This document shows positions 1-10,690 of a stretch of 64,000 nt of DNA, one piece after another. Both the position numbers and the translations under genes were made by a program. The stretch is from Gammaproteobacteria bacterium. GTDB taxonomy: Bacteria > Pseudomonadota > Gammaproteobacteria > Eutrophobiales > Eutrophobiaceae. How positions within the stretch are numbered: the stretch's first letter is position 1; each line of letters opens with the position of its first letter. The notes below the pieces were generated by a model that made no database searches, was not told where the DNA came from, and worked only from the letters and a program-made list of their open reading frames with translations. The DNA is taken from positions 355,311 to 419,310 of the forward strand of contig OZ253477.1 of the NCBI GenBank assembly GCA_965261775.1, in the 5' to 3' direction.

Positions 1-107
1 TCAATTTTGCCCTGGCTGAAGGCTTCCGGAAAAATTTGCTTAAGCCGCTCGCGCTTCTCCTCCGCGATGTCCATTGACTCCAGATTCATTTTTTCCGGTT
101 CTGTCAT
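1..107 (-). CDS. 5' end (first ~35 codons) of a Mod-type adenine DNA methyltransferase gene; the gene continues beyond the window start
   Basis: Minus-strand translation is MTEPEKMNLESMDIAEEKRERLKQIFPEAFSQGKI. About 85 bp are ~90% identical to 8745..8851. The LK.IFPE.FS.GKIDF..LK motif is typical of type III/IIG Mod methylase N-termini. Confidence 0.4.
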   Translation of the reverse strand, partial: MTEPEKMNLESMDIAEEKRERLKQIFPEAFSQGKI

Positions 108-842
108 GTTTGCCCCCGGGTTATTTTATCTTGAAACGGATGTTGCATGTCATTCTGCCCGAAGGCTTTTTCACTAGCAAAGTATACGGTCATCAATCAG
201 CATTTCCGGCAGCCTTATTTCTCCACGTTCGATTTTGTATGATGGTTTTCCCATGACTTCTCCTATCAAGTGCGGGACACGGCTTTTTGCTTATGGGGTG
301 TATGCGCGGGACAAAATCCTCGCCCCCAAAAAGCCAGACCCTGTACACCAGTTTACCATAGCAATAAAATTCAGAATCCTGGAGGGTGAGAAAATGATCT
401 TCGCCCATTTTAATGCTTTTCAGCATCCCTTTGCGTATGGCAACGCCTGGCACTTGAGGAGTCGCGCCTTTGCCGGGCATTGCTTGTTTCCATGCCGTTT
501 GCGGTCTGGATTTTCTGTACATTGGCGAGCAGTTGACCATCGCCCAGGGTATTCTGCTTGCCGACGCCAAACCTGGTGAGAAGCATACCACTTCTGGCAG
601 TCGCGCTAATTTCAAAGCTGGATTGCGGATCGGCTGGCCCTCGAAGGCGTTTACCACGGCACTGATAGCGTCTTGCTGATATTCCAGTGATGGATCAAAT
701 TTAAGTTTCATACCGCGGCCCCGGTATTGGCTTTATATTCCTCGTGGCGCATAAATTCGTTGATCTTTGCGGTGATAAGCTCCCGCCACCGGGTCAGGAA
801 ATCGTCGTAGCGATCCTTGCTTCATAAAGCTGGTTTCACCGG

Positions 843-1420
843 GATACATTCAGATGGTCTGCCAGGTAGCAGCAATAGCCGACTGTAGCTCATCCTGAAC
901 GTCTTGAGGAATCACGTTACCTGCGCCACCGTTTATTACGTCATCGGTGGCAAAACCGGTCAGGGTTCATTGCCATCGGTGCCTTGCAGTACCATCGCTT
1001 TGACGGTATCCACATCCCAGCTTGTGCCATCGGCAAATTCAATGGCGTTCAGCGCATATCCACTGGCGCCATACCAAAGGAAGTGCCTTTCAACTGTTAT
1101 CATCTCGCCTGTACTTTGAATGGTCAGCAGCAGGTTCGTGTTAGAGCGGCTTGCCGTCACATCACCGGGGTCAATACCAGCAAGAAAGCGCAGCACATCT
1201 TGTCGATCTGCGCCGGTATCATAATTGCGGATCGTGATATTTCCGTCCCCTGTGGCAAACTCGCAGGTATCATTTCCAGCCTCGCCTGACAGGTAATCGT
1301 TCGCACCAGCGCCACCGCGCAAGGTGTCATCGCCATCTCCCCCAAAGAGGTAGTCTCGACCAACACTGCTCCGGGACGAACTTCAATATCAGGGGCATCG
1401 GTACGCGAAGAACCGAAGCG
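843..1420 (-). pseudogene. RTX/FrpC-like remnant: a secretion-tail-like 3' end fused to 1-2 repeat modules, without a start and with disrupted frames
   Basis: 843..905 resembles the 3' end of the 1779-aa gene (…gccgactgtagctcatcctgaacg…). A 120-aa frame (960..1322) reads …DVLRFLAGI…[29 protein letters not shown]…. There is no N-terminus, and the array at 1444 abuts it. Confidence 0.55.
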
Positions 1421-1443
1421 CCCGGTTGATAAGGTACTCTCCC

Positions 1444-2285
1444 TCCCGTCATTCCCGTGGAAGCGGGAATCCAGTATACCCCCCGCTTGGCGTCATTCCC
1501 GTGGAAGCGGGAATCCAGTATACCCCCCGTTGGCGTCATTCCCGTGGAAGCGGGAATCCAGTATACCCCCTGCTTGGCGTCATTCCCGTGGAAGCGGGAA
1601 TCCAGTATACCCCCCGCTTGGCGTCATTCCCGTGGAAGCGGGAATCCAGTATACCCCCCGTTGGCGTCATTCCCGTGGAAGCGGGAATCCAGTATACCCC
1701 CTGCTTGGCGTCATTCCCGTGGAAGCGGGAATCCAGTATACCCCCTGCTTGGCGTCATTCCCGTGGAAGCGGGAATCCAGTATACCCCCTGCTTGGCGTC
1801 ATTCCCGCGGAAGCGGGAATCCAGTATACCCCCCGCTTGGCGTCATTCCCGTGGAAGCGGGAATCCAGTATACCCCCTGCTTGGCGTCATTCCCGTGGAA
1901 GCGGGAATCCAGTATACCCCCCGCTTGGCGTCATTCCCGTGGAAGCGGGAATCCAGTATACCCCCCGCTTGGCGTCATTCCCGCGGAAGCGGGAATCCAG
2001 TATACCCCCCGCTTGGCGTCATTCCCGTGGAAGCGGGAATCCAGTATACCCCCCGCTTGGCGTCATTCCCGTGGAAGCGGGAATCCAGTATACCCCCTTG
2101 GCGCTTGGCGTCATTCCCGTGGAAGCGGGAATCCAGTATACCCCCCGCTTGGCGTCATTCCCGTGGAAGCGGGAATCCAGTATACCCCCCCGCTTGGCGT
2201 CATTCCCGCGGAAGCGGGAATCCAGTATACCCCCCGCTTGGCGTTATTCCCGTGGAAGCGGGAATCCAGTATACCCCCGCTTCCG
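1444..2285. repeat. 44-bp tandem direct repeat array with 19 copies (43-46 bp units). Each unit contains the hairpin ATTCCCG-TGGAAG-CGGGAAT. It is not a CRISPR array.
   Basis: Unit is gtcattcccgtggaagcgggaatccagtataccccccgcttggc. I counted 19 occurrences of ggaatccagtatacc with a ~44.2-bp period. Only minor variants occur (cgtgg/cgcgg, length of the C-run, gctt/gtt). There are no variable spacers. Confidence 0.9.
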
Positions 2286-2344
2286 CGAGGGGTGGCGGGG
2301 GCAGGCTCTCGGCGTAGCCGTCATTCCTGGTCGTCCCCCGCTTT

Positions 2345-2368
2345 CGCCTGTCTGGCGGCAGACAGGCG
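2345..2368 (+). other. Strong perfect hairpin: 10-bp stem cgcctgtctg / cagacaggcg with loop gcgg
   Basis: Read directly from the sequence. It lies in the non-coding stretch between the repeat array and the terminators. Confidence 0.6.
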
Positions 2369-2455
2369 GGGACAAGCATTTGGCCCGCGATACCTTGCGG
2401 CGTCTGCGGGTGAGACTGGAATTCCGGAATTAAGAAAATCTCCGTGTTTAGCGAT

Positions 2456-2483
2456 AGAAGAGGGCGCCAGCCTCTTTTTTTTC
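2456..2483 (+). terminator. Candidate rho-independent terminator on the plus strand (agagg-gcgccag-cctct followed by T8)
   Basis: Hairpin followed by tttttttt at 2476..2482. It implies a plus-strand transcript ending just downstream of the repeat array. Confidence 0.4.
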
Positions 2484-2611
2484 TCTTGTTCAAGTAGTCC
2501 GATCGCCGCTATATTTTTTCAAAATATGGAATTTGGCGATGGCAAGGTAACACAAACCAGATTGCCTGGCCTATCCGGATGTGGCCGCGCTACCCGGGAA
2601 ACCGCGCTGGA

Positions 2612-2640
2612 CCAAAAAAGGGACCGCCTGAAGCGGTCCC
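2612..2640 (-). terminator. Rho-independent terminator of the 1779-aa RTX gene
   Basis: On the minus strand this reads gggaccgc-ttcag-gcggtccc followed by tttttt. It starts 26 nt downstream of the stop at 2666. Confidence 0.7.
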
Positions 2641-2665
2641 TCTAAACAGCCTCTCAAAACAACTA

Positions 2666-5600
2666 TCAGCTGGTTTGCCAGGCGGCAGCAATCACCGACT
2701 GTAGCTCATCCTGAACGTTTTGCGGAATCACACTATCAGCACCACTGGGCACATTGTAGGTCGCCATGGCAGTAACCAGTTGCTCAACCTGGTTGTTCAG
2801 CAATACCGAGGAGGACCCGACTTCAATGCGGTCCAACTGGTAATCAGCACCGCTGTACCAGTCGTCAATAGTCACCTGATCATCGGTGCCAGCGACAGTG
2901 ATCTGCAGATGGTTGTCACTGCGGCTGAACCAGAGGTCTTCGACCGAGACATCCTCAAACCGGGCGGTATCAACGCTGGTGGCATTGGTATCGTGGTTAT
3001 ACACCGTATCTGCACCATCGCCTGCACCGAACAGGTAGGTGTCACTACCGGCATCGCCGTGCAGGGAGTCGTTGTCCGCCCCTCCGCGCAGGGTATCATC
3101 GCCATCCTCTCCCCGGATAGTATCGTTCCCATCGCCACCGTTTATCACGTCATCGCTGGCATAACCGGTCAGGGTGTCGTTGCCATCGGTGCCTTGCAGC
3201 GCCATCGCTTTGATAGTATCCACATCCCAGCTCGTGCCATCGGCAAACTCAATAGCGTTCAGCGCATAACCGCCAGCGCCATCGTCATCAAAGTAGTTCC
3301 ATACCGTAATCACGTCACCGGCACTGCCAACGGTCAGACGCAAGTAGGTACTGCTACGGCTGACCGTGACATCGCTGACGGCAATACCTTCCAAAAAGCG
3401 CAGCACATCGTTGCGCCCGGCACCGGTATCGTGGTTGGTGATGAGGGTGTTGCCGTCGCCCGAACCGAACAGGTAGGTATCATTACCGGCACCGCCGTCA
3501 AGGATATCCCAACTGCCTGCACCACCGCGCAGGGTGTCATTGCCATTTTCCCCGGAGAGGGTGTCTTGACCATCACCGCCATCCAGTGTGTCGTTACCAT
3601 CACCGCCATTCAAGGTATCGTTATCGTCATCGCCATTCAACGTATCGTTACCGTCACCGCCATTCAAGGTATCGTTATCGTCACCGCCGGATAGTGTGTC
3701 GTCTCCGGCATCGCCGTAGAGCTTATCGTTGCCGCCCAGACCATTGATAACATCATCAGCGGTAGTGCCTTGGAGACTATCGTTACCTTCTGTAGCGTCG
3801 TCAGGGCCCGGAATCAACCCTTTAATGGTATCCACATCCCAGCTCGTGCCATCGGCAAATTCAATGGCGTTCAGCACAGAAGCGCCACGGCTGTGGAAGT
3901 GGTCCCGTACCGTAATCACCTCACCGGCACTGCCAACGGTCAGCAGCAAGCTGTTATCGCAGCGGCTGACCGTGACATCGCTGACGGCAATACCTTCCAA
4001 AAAGCGCAGCACATCGTTGCGACCCGCACTGGTGTCGTGGTTTTTGATGATGGTGTCGCCATCGCCCGAACCGAACAGGTAGGTATCGTTACCGGCACCG
4101 CCGTTGAGGGTATCCCCACTGCCTGCACCACCGCGCAGGGTGTCGTTACCAGCTTCTCCGTAAAGCTCGTCGTCGTTACCGGCGCCACCGTTTATCACGT
4201 CATCGCCATCTCCCCCATAGAGGAAGTCTCGACCATCACCGCCATCCAGGGTGTCATCGTCATTACCACCATAAAGCCGATCACAGTCATCACCGCCATC
4301 CAGGGTGTCATCGCCATCTCCCCCATAGAGGACATCAGTACCATCACCGCCATCCAGGGTGTCATCGCCATCTTCCCCATAGAGGAGATTCCAACTACCA
4401 GCACCGCCATCCAGGCGGTCATCGCCATCTCCCCCATAGAGGACATCAATACCATCACCGCCGTTTATCACGTCATCGCTGGCAAAACCTCTCAGGGTGT
4501 CATCGCCATCGGTGCCTTGCAGTACCATCGCTTTGATGGTATCCACATCCCAGCTAGTGCCATCGGCAAACTCAATAGCGTTCAGCGCCCGCGTAAAACT
4601 ACTGCTGGCACTATAGAGGTCGAAGAAGTAGTTCTGTACCGTAATCACCTCACCGGTACTGCCAACGGTCAGAAGCAAGTCGTCATAGTCACGGCGGGCC
4701 GTGACATCGCTGGCGGCAATGCCCGCCAAAAAGCGCAGCACATCGTTGCTCCCGGTATCGCAGTTGTGGATAGTGGTGTTACCATCGCCCGCACCGAAAA
4801 GGTAGGTGTCGTTACCGGCACCGCCGTTGAGATAATCCCCATTACCAGCACCACCGCGCAGGGTGTCGTTATCAGCCCCTCCGTAAAGCGTGTCCTTACC
4901 CGCGCCACCGTTCAGCACATCGTCTCCGGCATAGCCGTAGAGGACATCGTCACCGCCGAGGCCATTGATGACATCATTAGTTGTAGAGCCGTAGAGAATA
5001 TCGTTACCTTTTGTAGCGAAAGCGTCCGGAACAAACCCTTTAATGGTATCCACATCCCAACTCGTGCCATCGGCAAACTCGATAGTGTTCAGCGCATAAC
5101 CGCCAGCGCCATCCTGAAGGAAGTAGTTATTCACGGTAATCACTTCACCGGTACTGCCAATGGTCAGAAGCAAGTGGTTACGGTGGCCACGGCTAGCCGT
5201 GACATCGCTGACGGCAATGCCTTCCAGAAAGCGCAGCACATCGTTGCTCCCGGCAGCGGTATCGTGGTTGTTGATAGTAGTGTTGCCATCGCCCGCACCG
5301 AACAGGTAGGTATCATTACCGGCACCGCCGTTGAGATAGTCATTGGCACCAGCACCACCGCGCAAGGTATCGTCGCCATCTCCCCCATAGAGCGAGTCTC
5401 GACCGTCACCGCCATTCAAGGTATCGTTGTCGTCACCGCCATACAGGGTATCGTTATCGTCACCACCGGATAATGTGTCGTCTCCGGCATCGCCGTAGAG
5501 GACATCGTCACCGCCGAGGCCATTGATGACATCATTAGTTGTAGAGCCGTAGAGAGTATCGTTACCTTCTGTAGCGTCGTCAGCACCCGGAAGAAACCTT

Positions 5601-8005
5601 CTAACGGTATCCACATCCCAGCTCGTGCCATCGGCAAATTCAATGGCGTTCAGCACAGAAGCGCTATTGCTGTGGAAGTGGTCCCATACGGTAATCACCT
5701 CACCGGCACTGCCAACGGTCAGAATCAAGTCGTTATTGCTACGGCTGACCGCGACATCGTTGACGGCAATGCCTTCCAGAAAGCGCAACACATCGTTGCT
5801 CCCGGCACCGGTATCGCTGTTGATGATGATGGTGTGGCCATCGCCCGAACCGAACAGGTAGGTATCGTTACCGGTACCGCCGTCAAGGATATCCCAACTG
5901 CCTGCACCACCGCGCAAGGTGTCGTCGCCATCTCCCCCATAGAGCGAGTCTCGGCCATCACCGCCATTCAAGGTATCGTCGTCGTCACCGCCATACAACC
6001 CATCGTTATCGTCACCGCCATACAACCAATCGTTGCCGTCACCGCCATTCAACCTATCGTTACCGTCACCGCCATTCAAGGTATCGTTACCCTCGCCACC
6101 GTTTATCACGTCATCGCTGGCATGACCGGTTATGGTGTCATTGCCATCGGTGCCCAGCAGTACCCTCGCTTTGACGGTATCCACATCCCAACTCGTGCCA
6201 TCGGAAAATTCAATGGCGTTCAGTTCATTATTGGCGCGGAAGTAGTTCCGTACCGTAATCACGTCACCGGCACTGCCAACGGTCAAACGCAAGTTGTCAT
6301 CGCTACGGCGGGCCGTGACATCGCTGACGGCAATACCCGCCAAAAAGCTCAGCACATCGTTGCGCCCGGTAGCGGTATCGCTGTTGTTGATGGTGGTGTT
6401 GCCGTCGCCCGAACCGAACTGGTAGGTATCGTTACCGGCATCGCCTTGGAGGATATCCCCGCTACCCGCACCACCGCGCAAGGTGTCGTCGCCATCTCCC
6501 CCATAGATGCGGTCTTGACCATCACCGCCATCCAGGGTGTCGTTACCATCATCGCCATACAACCTATCGTTACCGTGAGCACCACGCAGGGTGTCGTTGC
6601 CGGCACCCCCGCGCAAGATGTCGTTGCCATATCCCCCACGGAGGGTGTCTTGATCATCACCGCCATTCAACGTATCGTTACCGAAGTTGCCGTACAAGGT
6701 ATCGTTACCGTCACCACCGGATAATGTGTCGTCACCGGCGTCACCCGACAAGGTGTCGTTACCGCCCAGGCCATTGATAACATCATCAGTTGTCGTGCCG
6801 TGGAGACTATCGTCACCTTCTGTAGCGTCGTCAGCACCCGGAATCAACCCTCTAACGGTATCCTCATCCCAGCTCGTGCCATCGGCAAATTCAATCGCGT
6901 TCAGCACAGAAGCGCGATTGCCGTGGAAGTAGTTATGTACCGTAATCACATCACTGGCACTGCCAACGGTCAGACGCAAGTCGTTACTGCTACGGCTGAC
7001 CGTGACATCGCTGACGGCAATGCCTTCCAGAAAGCGCAACACATCGTTGCGCCCGGTAGCGGTATCGCTGTTGTGGATAGTGGTGTTGCCATCGCCCGCA
7101 CCGAACAGGTAGGTATCGTTACCGGCACCGCCGTTGAGATAATCCCCATTACCAGCACCACCGCGCAAGGTGTCGTCGCCATCTCCCCCATAGATGCGGT
7201 CTTGACCATCACCGCCATCCAGGGTGTCGTTACCATCATCGCCATACAACCTATCGTTACCGTGAGCACCACGCAGGGTGTCGTTGCCGGCACCCCCGCG
7301 CAAGATGTCGTTGCCATATCCCCCACGGAGGGTGTCTTGATCATCACCGCCATTCAACGTATCGTTACCGAAGTTGCCGTACAAGGTATCGTTACCGTCA
7401 CCACCGGATAATGTGTCGTCACCGGCGTCACCCGACAAGGTGTCGTTACCGCCCAGGCCATTGATAACATCATCAGTTGTCGTGCCGTGGAGACTATCGT
7501 CACCTTCTGTAGCGTCGTCAGCACCCGGAATCAACCCTCTAACGGTATCCTCATCCCAGCTCGTGCCATCGGCAAATTCAATCGCGTTCAGCACAGAAGC
7601 GCGATTGCCGTGGAAGTAGTTATGTACCGTAATCACATCACTGGCACTGCCAACGGTCAGACGCAAGTCGTTACTGCTACGGCTGACCGTGACATCGCTG
7701 ACGGCAATGCCTTCCAGAAAGCGCAACACATCGTTGCGCCCGGTAGCGGTATCGCTGTTGTGGATAGTGGTGTTGCCATCGCCCGCACCGAACAGGTAGG
7801 TATCGTTACCGGCACCGCCGTTGAGATAATCCCCATTACCAGCACCACCGCGCAAGGTGTCGTCGCCATCTCCCCCATAGATGCGGTCTTGACCATCACC
7901 GCCATCCAGGGTGTCGTCACCACCGAGGCCCTCCAGGGTATCGTTTTCGGCAGTGCCGTTGAGAGTATCGTTACCTTCAGTCCCTGTTTGTTTAGAAGAA
8001 CTCAT
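2666..8005 (-). CDS. Large RTX Ca2+-binding repeat protein (FrpA/FrpC-like, 1779 aa), a probable type I secretion substrate
   Basis: Dozens of GGXGXDXL/IXG nonapeptides alternate with ~100-aa modules of the form [20 protein letters not shown]…VITV.NYF…[17 protein letters not shown]. There is no signal peptide. The C-terminal acidic tail …[15 protein letters not shown] looks like a T1SS signal. An AGGAG RBS lies 9 nt upstream of the ATG. Confidence 0.85.
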   Translation of the reverse strand: MSSSKQTGTEGNDTLNGTAENDTLEGLGGDDTLDGGDGQDRIYGGDGDDTLRGGAGNGDYLNGGAGNDTYLFGAGDGNTTIHNSDTATGRNDVLRFLEGIAVSDVTVSRSSNDLRLTVGSASDVITVHNYFHGNRASVLNAIEFADGTSWDEDTVRGLIPGADDATEGDDSLHGTTTDDVINGLGGNDTLSGDAGDDTLSGGDGNDTLYGNFGNDTLNGGDDQDTLRGGYGNDILRGGAGNDTLRGAHGNDRLYGDDGNDTLDGGDGQDRIYGGDGDDTLRGGAGNGDYLNGGAGNDTYLFGAGDGNTTIHNSDTATGRNDVLRFLEGIAVSDVTVSRSSNDLRLTVGSASDVITVHNYFHGNRASVLNAIEFADGTSWDEDTVRGLIPGADDATEGDDSLHGTTTDDVINGLGGNDTLSGDAGDDTLSGGDGNDTLYGNFGNDTLNGGDDQDTLRGGYGNDILRGGAGNDTLRGAHGNDRLYGDDGNDTLDGGDGQDRIYGGDGDDTLRGGAGSGDILQGDAGNDTYQFGSGDGNTTINNSDTATGRNDVLSFLAGIAVSDVTARRSDDNLRLTVGSAGDVITVRNYFRANNELNAIEFSDGTSWDVDTVKARVLLGTDGNDTITGHASDDVINGGEGNDTLNGGDGNDRLNGGDGNDWLYGGDDNDGLYGGDDDDTLNGGDGRDSLYGGDGDDTLRGGAGSWDILDGGTGNDTYLFGSGDGHTIIINSDTGAGSNDVLRFLEGIAVNDVAVSRSNNDLILTVGSAGEVITVWDHFHSNSASVLNAIEFADGTSWDVDTVRRFLPGADDATEGNDTLYGSTTNDVINGLGGDDVLYGDAGDDTLSGGDDNDTLYGGDDNDTLNGGDGRDSLYGGDGDDTLRGGAGANDYLNGGAGNDTYLFGAGDGNTTINNHDTAAGSNDVLRFLEGIAVSDVTASRGHRNHLLLTIGSTGEVITVNNYFLQDGAGGYALNTIEFADGTSWDVDTIKGFVPDAFATKGNDILYGSTTNDVINGLGGDDVLYGYAGDDVLNGGAGKDTLYGGADNDTLRGGAGNGDYLNGGAGNDTYLFGAGDGNTTIHNCDTGSNDVLRFLAGIAASDVTARRDYDDLLLTVGSTGEVITVQNYFFDLYSASSSFTRALNAIEFADGTSWDVDTIKAMVLQGTDGDDTLRGFASDDVINGGDGIDVLYGGDGDDRLDGGAGSWNLLYGEDGDDTLDGGDGTDVLYGGDGDDTLDGGDDCDRLYGGNDDDTLDGGDGRDFLYGGDGDDVINGGAGNDDELYGEAGNDTLRGGAGSGDTLNGGAGNDTYLFGSGDGDTIIKNHDTSAGRNDVLRFLEGIAVSDVTVSRCDNSLLLTVGSAGEVITVRDHFHSRGASVLNAIEFADGTSWDVDTIKGLIPGPDDATEGNDSLQGTTADDVINGLGGNDKLYGDAGDDTLSGGDDNDTLNGGDGNDTLNGDDDNDTLNGGDGNDTLDGGDGQDTLSGENGNDTLRGGAGSWDILDGGAGNDTYLFGSGDGNTLITNHDTGAGRNDVLRFLEGIAVSDVTVSRSSTYLRLTVGSAGDVITVWNYFDDDGAGGYALNAIEFADGTSWDVDTIKAMALQGTDGNDTLTGYASDDVINGGDGNDTIRGEDGDDTLRGGADNDSLHGDAGSDTYLFGAGDGADTVYNHDTNATSVDTARFEDVSVEDLWFSRSDNHLQITVAGTDDQVTIDDWYSGADYQLDRIEVGSSSVLLNNQVEQLVTAMATYNVPSGADSVIPQNVQDELQSVIAAAWQTS
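6470..7909. repeat. Perfect internal tandem duplication in the RTX gene: 687-bp (229-codon) unit x ~2.1
   Basis: 6470..7222 is identical to 7157..7909. The ORF-track peptides at 6687..6932 and 7374..7619 are identical, and so are those at 6800.. and 7487…. Confidence 0.85.
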
Positions 8006-8570
8006 AATGTGTCACTCCTGTACTTACATGTTGAATTGATGAAAAGATTACTCTTCTCCCGATATAAACCTTGTCAATGCTTCCCTATAAAAATGTTATG
8101 TTTTTTTGTTTAAAGTTAATCGTTGATTAACTGTTTTTCTATCATGACCATAACAAATTCACCATTATTTATTCCAGTTGGGTCAAATTTAGATGAATTG
8201 CTTCAGGTAAAAGGGTAATAGTGAACTCCCATAAAGTCAATCGCCGAAAGCCCGGCAAAATACCCCCACTGATTTTTTATCGCACAGGCTTCAGGAATGA
8301 TGTTGTCCTTATAGTCATTCCGAAAGTATTCCGAAGTCTCGGCATATTCGCTGTCAAGCAATTTGGTATGGGCCTTTTGCGTTATATTCATATTCCTCAT
8401 GTTTCCGCTTTCCGCGTATCGTTTCAGGCCCTTCTGAGATAAAAAACGCCGCGTCAACCCCGGAAAAATCTCCCTTAATATCCTTGATATTAATAATCGC
8501 TATTTCAGTATAGGATATAGTCAGGCAATTTTGTGAAAAAATGATAAAAAAGGACTAATTTTTTTAACCC

Positions 8571-8861
8571 TTATGGCCCATCTCTAAAAAACACGTCTTC
8601 GTCACGGGCCGGTTTTAGGGTGGCAACGCTTGGTTGCTGAATGATTTTCATACATTCAGCCTTGCCGGGCCAGTTCAGGCCAAGGCGTTCTTTGCCGGGG
8701 TCCACCCATTCACCCAGGGCGCGTTTAAGCTGGTCAAAGTCAATTTTTCCCTGGCTGAAGGCTTCCGGAAAAATTTGCTTAAGCTGCTCGCGTTTTTCCT
8801 CCGCGATATCCATTGATCCATGGAATTTTCGATTTGAGGTTTGAGATTTTTGATTGCTCAT
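8571..8861 (-). pseudogene. Truncated N-terminal fragment (96 aa) of a Mod-type adenine DNA methyltransferase
   Basis: …MDIAEEKREQLKQIFPEAFSQGKIDFDQLKRALGEWVDPGKERLGLNWPGKAEC…TLKPARDE… matches the conserved Mod N-terminus. It stops before any catalytic DPPY region. The downstream 8203..8457 fragment and the region to 9290 are degenerate. Confidence 0.5.
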
Positions 8862-9445
8862 GCCGCCCCCGCCTTTACATTTACGTGTTTTAGCGGAAGC
8901 AACAAAAATGCGGTCAGTTGCTTCCTGATATCATTCCGAAACCTGCTTTTCAGATACCATACCGGATTCTTTGCCGATTTCCAGCCCATAACGGCACTCG
9001 TCCGTTTCTTCCATGGCAATGCCGGGAGTAGCGATAAGTTCTACTGTAGAGCGGACACGGCACGCTGTGGAATCCAGACCCGATCATGCCGCCGATTTTT
9101 CCCTGTCCCCGGCGACATACACGCGCCGAACAAGGCTACCGGCGAGTTGCCTTCGGTGTCGTTGTAGCGGGCTTTCAGTCCGCGTTTTTCGTCGTCGTTT
9201 CCCTTCACACCGCCCGCCGATGAAGTCAGAAAACATAATTCGCCTACGCCCGATACGCCCGCTGCGATATTTTCGTATAAGGCGCTTAATCTATGGCTTG
9301 ATTAAGCCGTTATGGCGTTTCCAGAGACTTCGACCATGTTGCGTTGAAAGCAACGAAATTATCTTTTCAATGTTATTGAATCGACCTAGTAACAGACTGT
9401 GCTGATAGCTGGATACATGTTGCCTTTGACTGGAGTCAGTGCCAT

Positions 9446-9796
9446 TTAATACGGCACGGGCACGGGGGGGGCTATAATAAAACGTAAAAAACTTAAGAAT
9501 AGTGCGATAGCCACTTGAAATACAAGCGATAGCACGGCTATACATACACTTTTTATATAGCTGGCGTCTAGAATGAATGAAAAGCAGAGGGCTGCAATCG
9601 GTATGGAAAATACAACAGCCCATAATCTCGATGGGGTCAGGAAAACAGCTATTGCGCCGATAACCAGGAATGCTATGGCAGCAACAAGATAAGTCAAAAA
9701 GCCTGTTCTTTTTGCATTGAAAATCCTGGCTGCAACCATAATCGGTATGATGCTAATAAGTACAACCAGCGACCCAAAAAATACAATCCATCCCAT
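9446..9796 (-). CDS. Small polytopic membrane protein (116 aa), paralog 1 of a tandem pair
   Basis: 3-4 hydrophobic segments. Conserved upstream region with an agggagggc RBS. ~60% aa identity to 10019..10345. Confidence 0.5.
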   Translation of the reverse strand: MGWIVFFGSLVVLISIIPIMVAARIFNAKRTGFLTYLVAAIAFLVIGAIAVFLTPSRLWAVVFSIPIAALCFSFILDASYIKSVCIAVLSLVFQVAIALFLSFLRFIIAPPVPVPY

Positions 9797-10018
9797 TTTT
9801 TTGCCCTCCCTATAAATTTAATGCGCAAAAAAAATTGCTGTCACTATATTAATGGTAATGGTACCCGCGTTGGCAATCCGGGTCAAAAAACCTGATATAT
9901 TTTGGATATATTAATGTTATTGAATCGACCTGGTAACGGACTATGCTGATAGTCTGGATACAGCTTGTTGCCTTTGACTGGAGTCAGTGCCACTTACACC
10001 ATTCGCTTTACAGGGGGG

Positions 10019-10345
10019 TTATAAAACGAAACCAACGCCAGCACCCAATAATAGTGCGACAGCAATTTGAAATGCAAGTGCTAGCAGAGCTATGAATACA
10101 CTTTTTATATAGCTGGCGCCTAGAATGAATGAAAAGCAGAGGGCTATAATCAGTGTGGAAAATACAAAAGACAATAATTGCGACGGGATTAGGAAAATAG
10201 CTATTAAGCTGATAAACAAGGATGATATGGCAGCAATAAAACAAGCCAAAAAGCCTGTTTTTTCTGCCTTTAAAATCCTGGCTGCAACCATAATCGGTAT
10301 GATGGTAAATACAATCAGCAATACAAAAAATACAAGCAATCCCAT
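10019..10345 (-). CDS. Small polytopic membrane protein (108 aa), paralog 2 of the tandem pair
   Basis: Same architecture, with the same upstream and downstream conserved flanks as paralog 1. Confidence 0.5.
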   Translation of the reverse strand: MGLLVFFVLLIVFTIIPIMVAARILKAEKTGFLACFIAAISSLFISLIAIFLIPSQLLSFVFSTLIIALCFSFILGASYIKSVFIALLALAFQIAVALLLGAGVGFVL

Positions 10346-10690
10346 TTTTTTGCCCTCCCTATAGATTTAATGCTCAAAACAAATCGTTGTCACTGTATTG
10401 ATAATACCCGCATTGGCAATTCGTGTCAAAAAGCCTGATATATTTTTATAGTGATGTTTTTATCGGTTCCGGCACAATCTGCCGCCAAAACAGCAGGCCA
10501 TGCCCCCATATACACAGCTCATGTTAACTTGATTATCAACTCTGCTTTGTATAGAGCCAGAATAAAATCCCGCAATACAATCCGGAAGAGTTTGGAGAAT
10601 GAAAGAGGTGCCCTGTCGTCTCAACCCCGATGAGGCGGTCATCAATCCCCATGATTAATCCGGGTTAAGTTGCAGATAACATTGGAAATA

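Noticed and set aside
193-711. 172-aa minus-strand ORF beginning MKLKFDPSLEYQQDAISAVVNAFEGQ (Res-helicase-like start)
   Set aside because: Only the first ~28 residues look like a restriction-subunit N-terminus. The rest has no helicase motifs and overlaps other junk ORFs. It is at best a decayed remnant, so it is mentioned in the findings but not called as a gene.
1444-2285. Interpretation as a CRISPR array
   Set aside because: The whole 44-bp unit, including the inter-hairpin segment, is constant. There are no unique spacers and no cas genes nearby.
1426-2645. Three overlapping plus-strand ORFs (335, 286, 371 aa) encoding repetitive SFPWKRESSIPP/RHSRGSGNPVYP-type peptides
   Set aside because: They are read-through of the 44-bp tandem repeat in all three frames. 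The unit length is not a multiple of three, and the peptide repeats only reflect the DNA repeat. They are not genes.
2720-8113. Long plus-strand ORFs (e.g. 2720..3694, 3770..5473, 5672..6724, 6800..7411, 7487..8113) and short minus-strand alternative-frame ORFs inside the RTX gene
   Set aside because: They are antisense or out-of-frame artefacts of the GGXGXD-encoding, stop-poor repeat sequence. They have repetitive IAITAIQGV-type translations and no independent start signals.
8861-9290. Plus-strand ORFs 8841..9167 and 9013..9405 in the AT-rich island
   Set aside because: Their translations are Arg/Cys-rich and gene-unlike. The region looks like degenerate R-M debris rather than intact genes.
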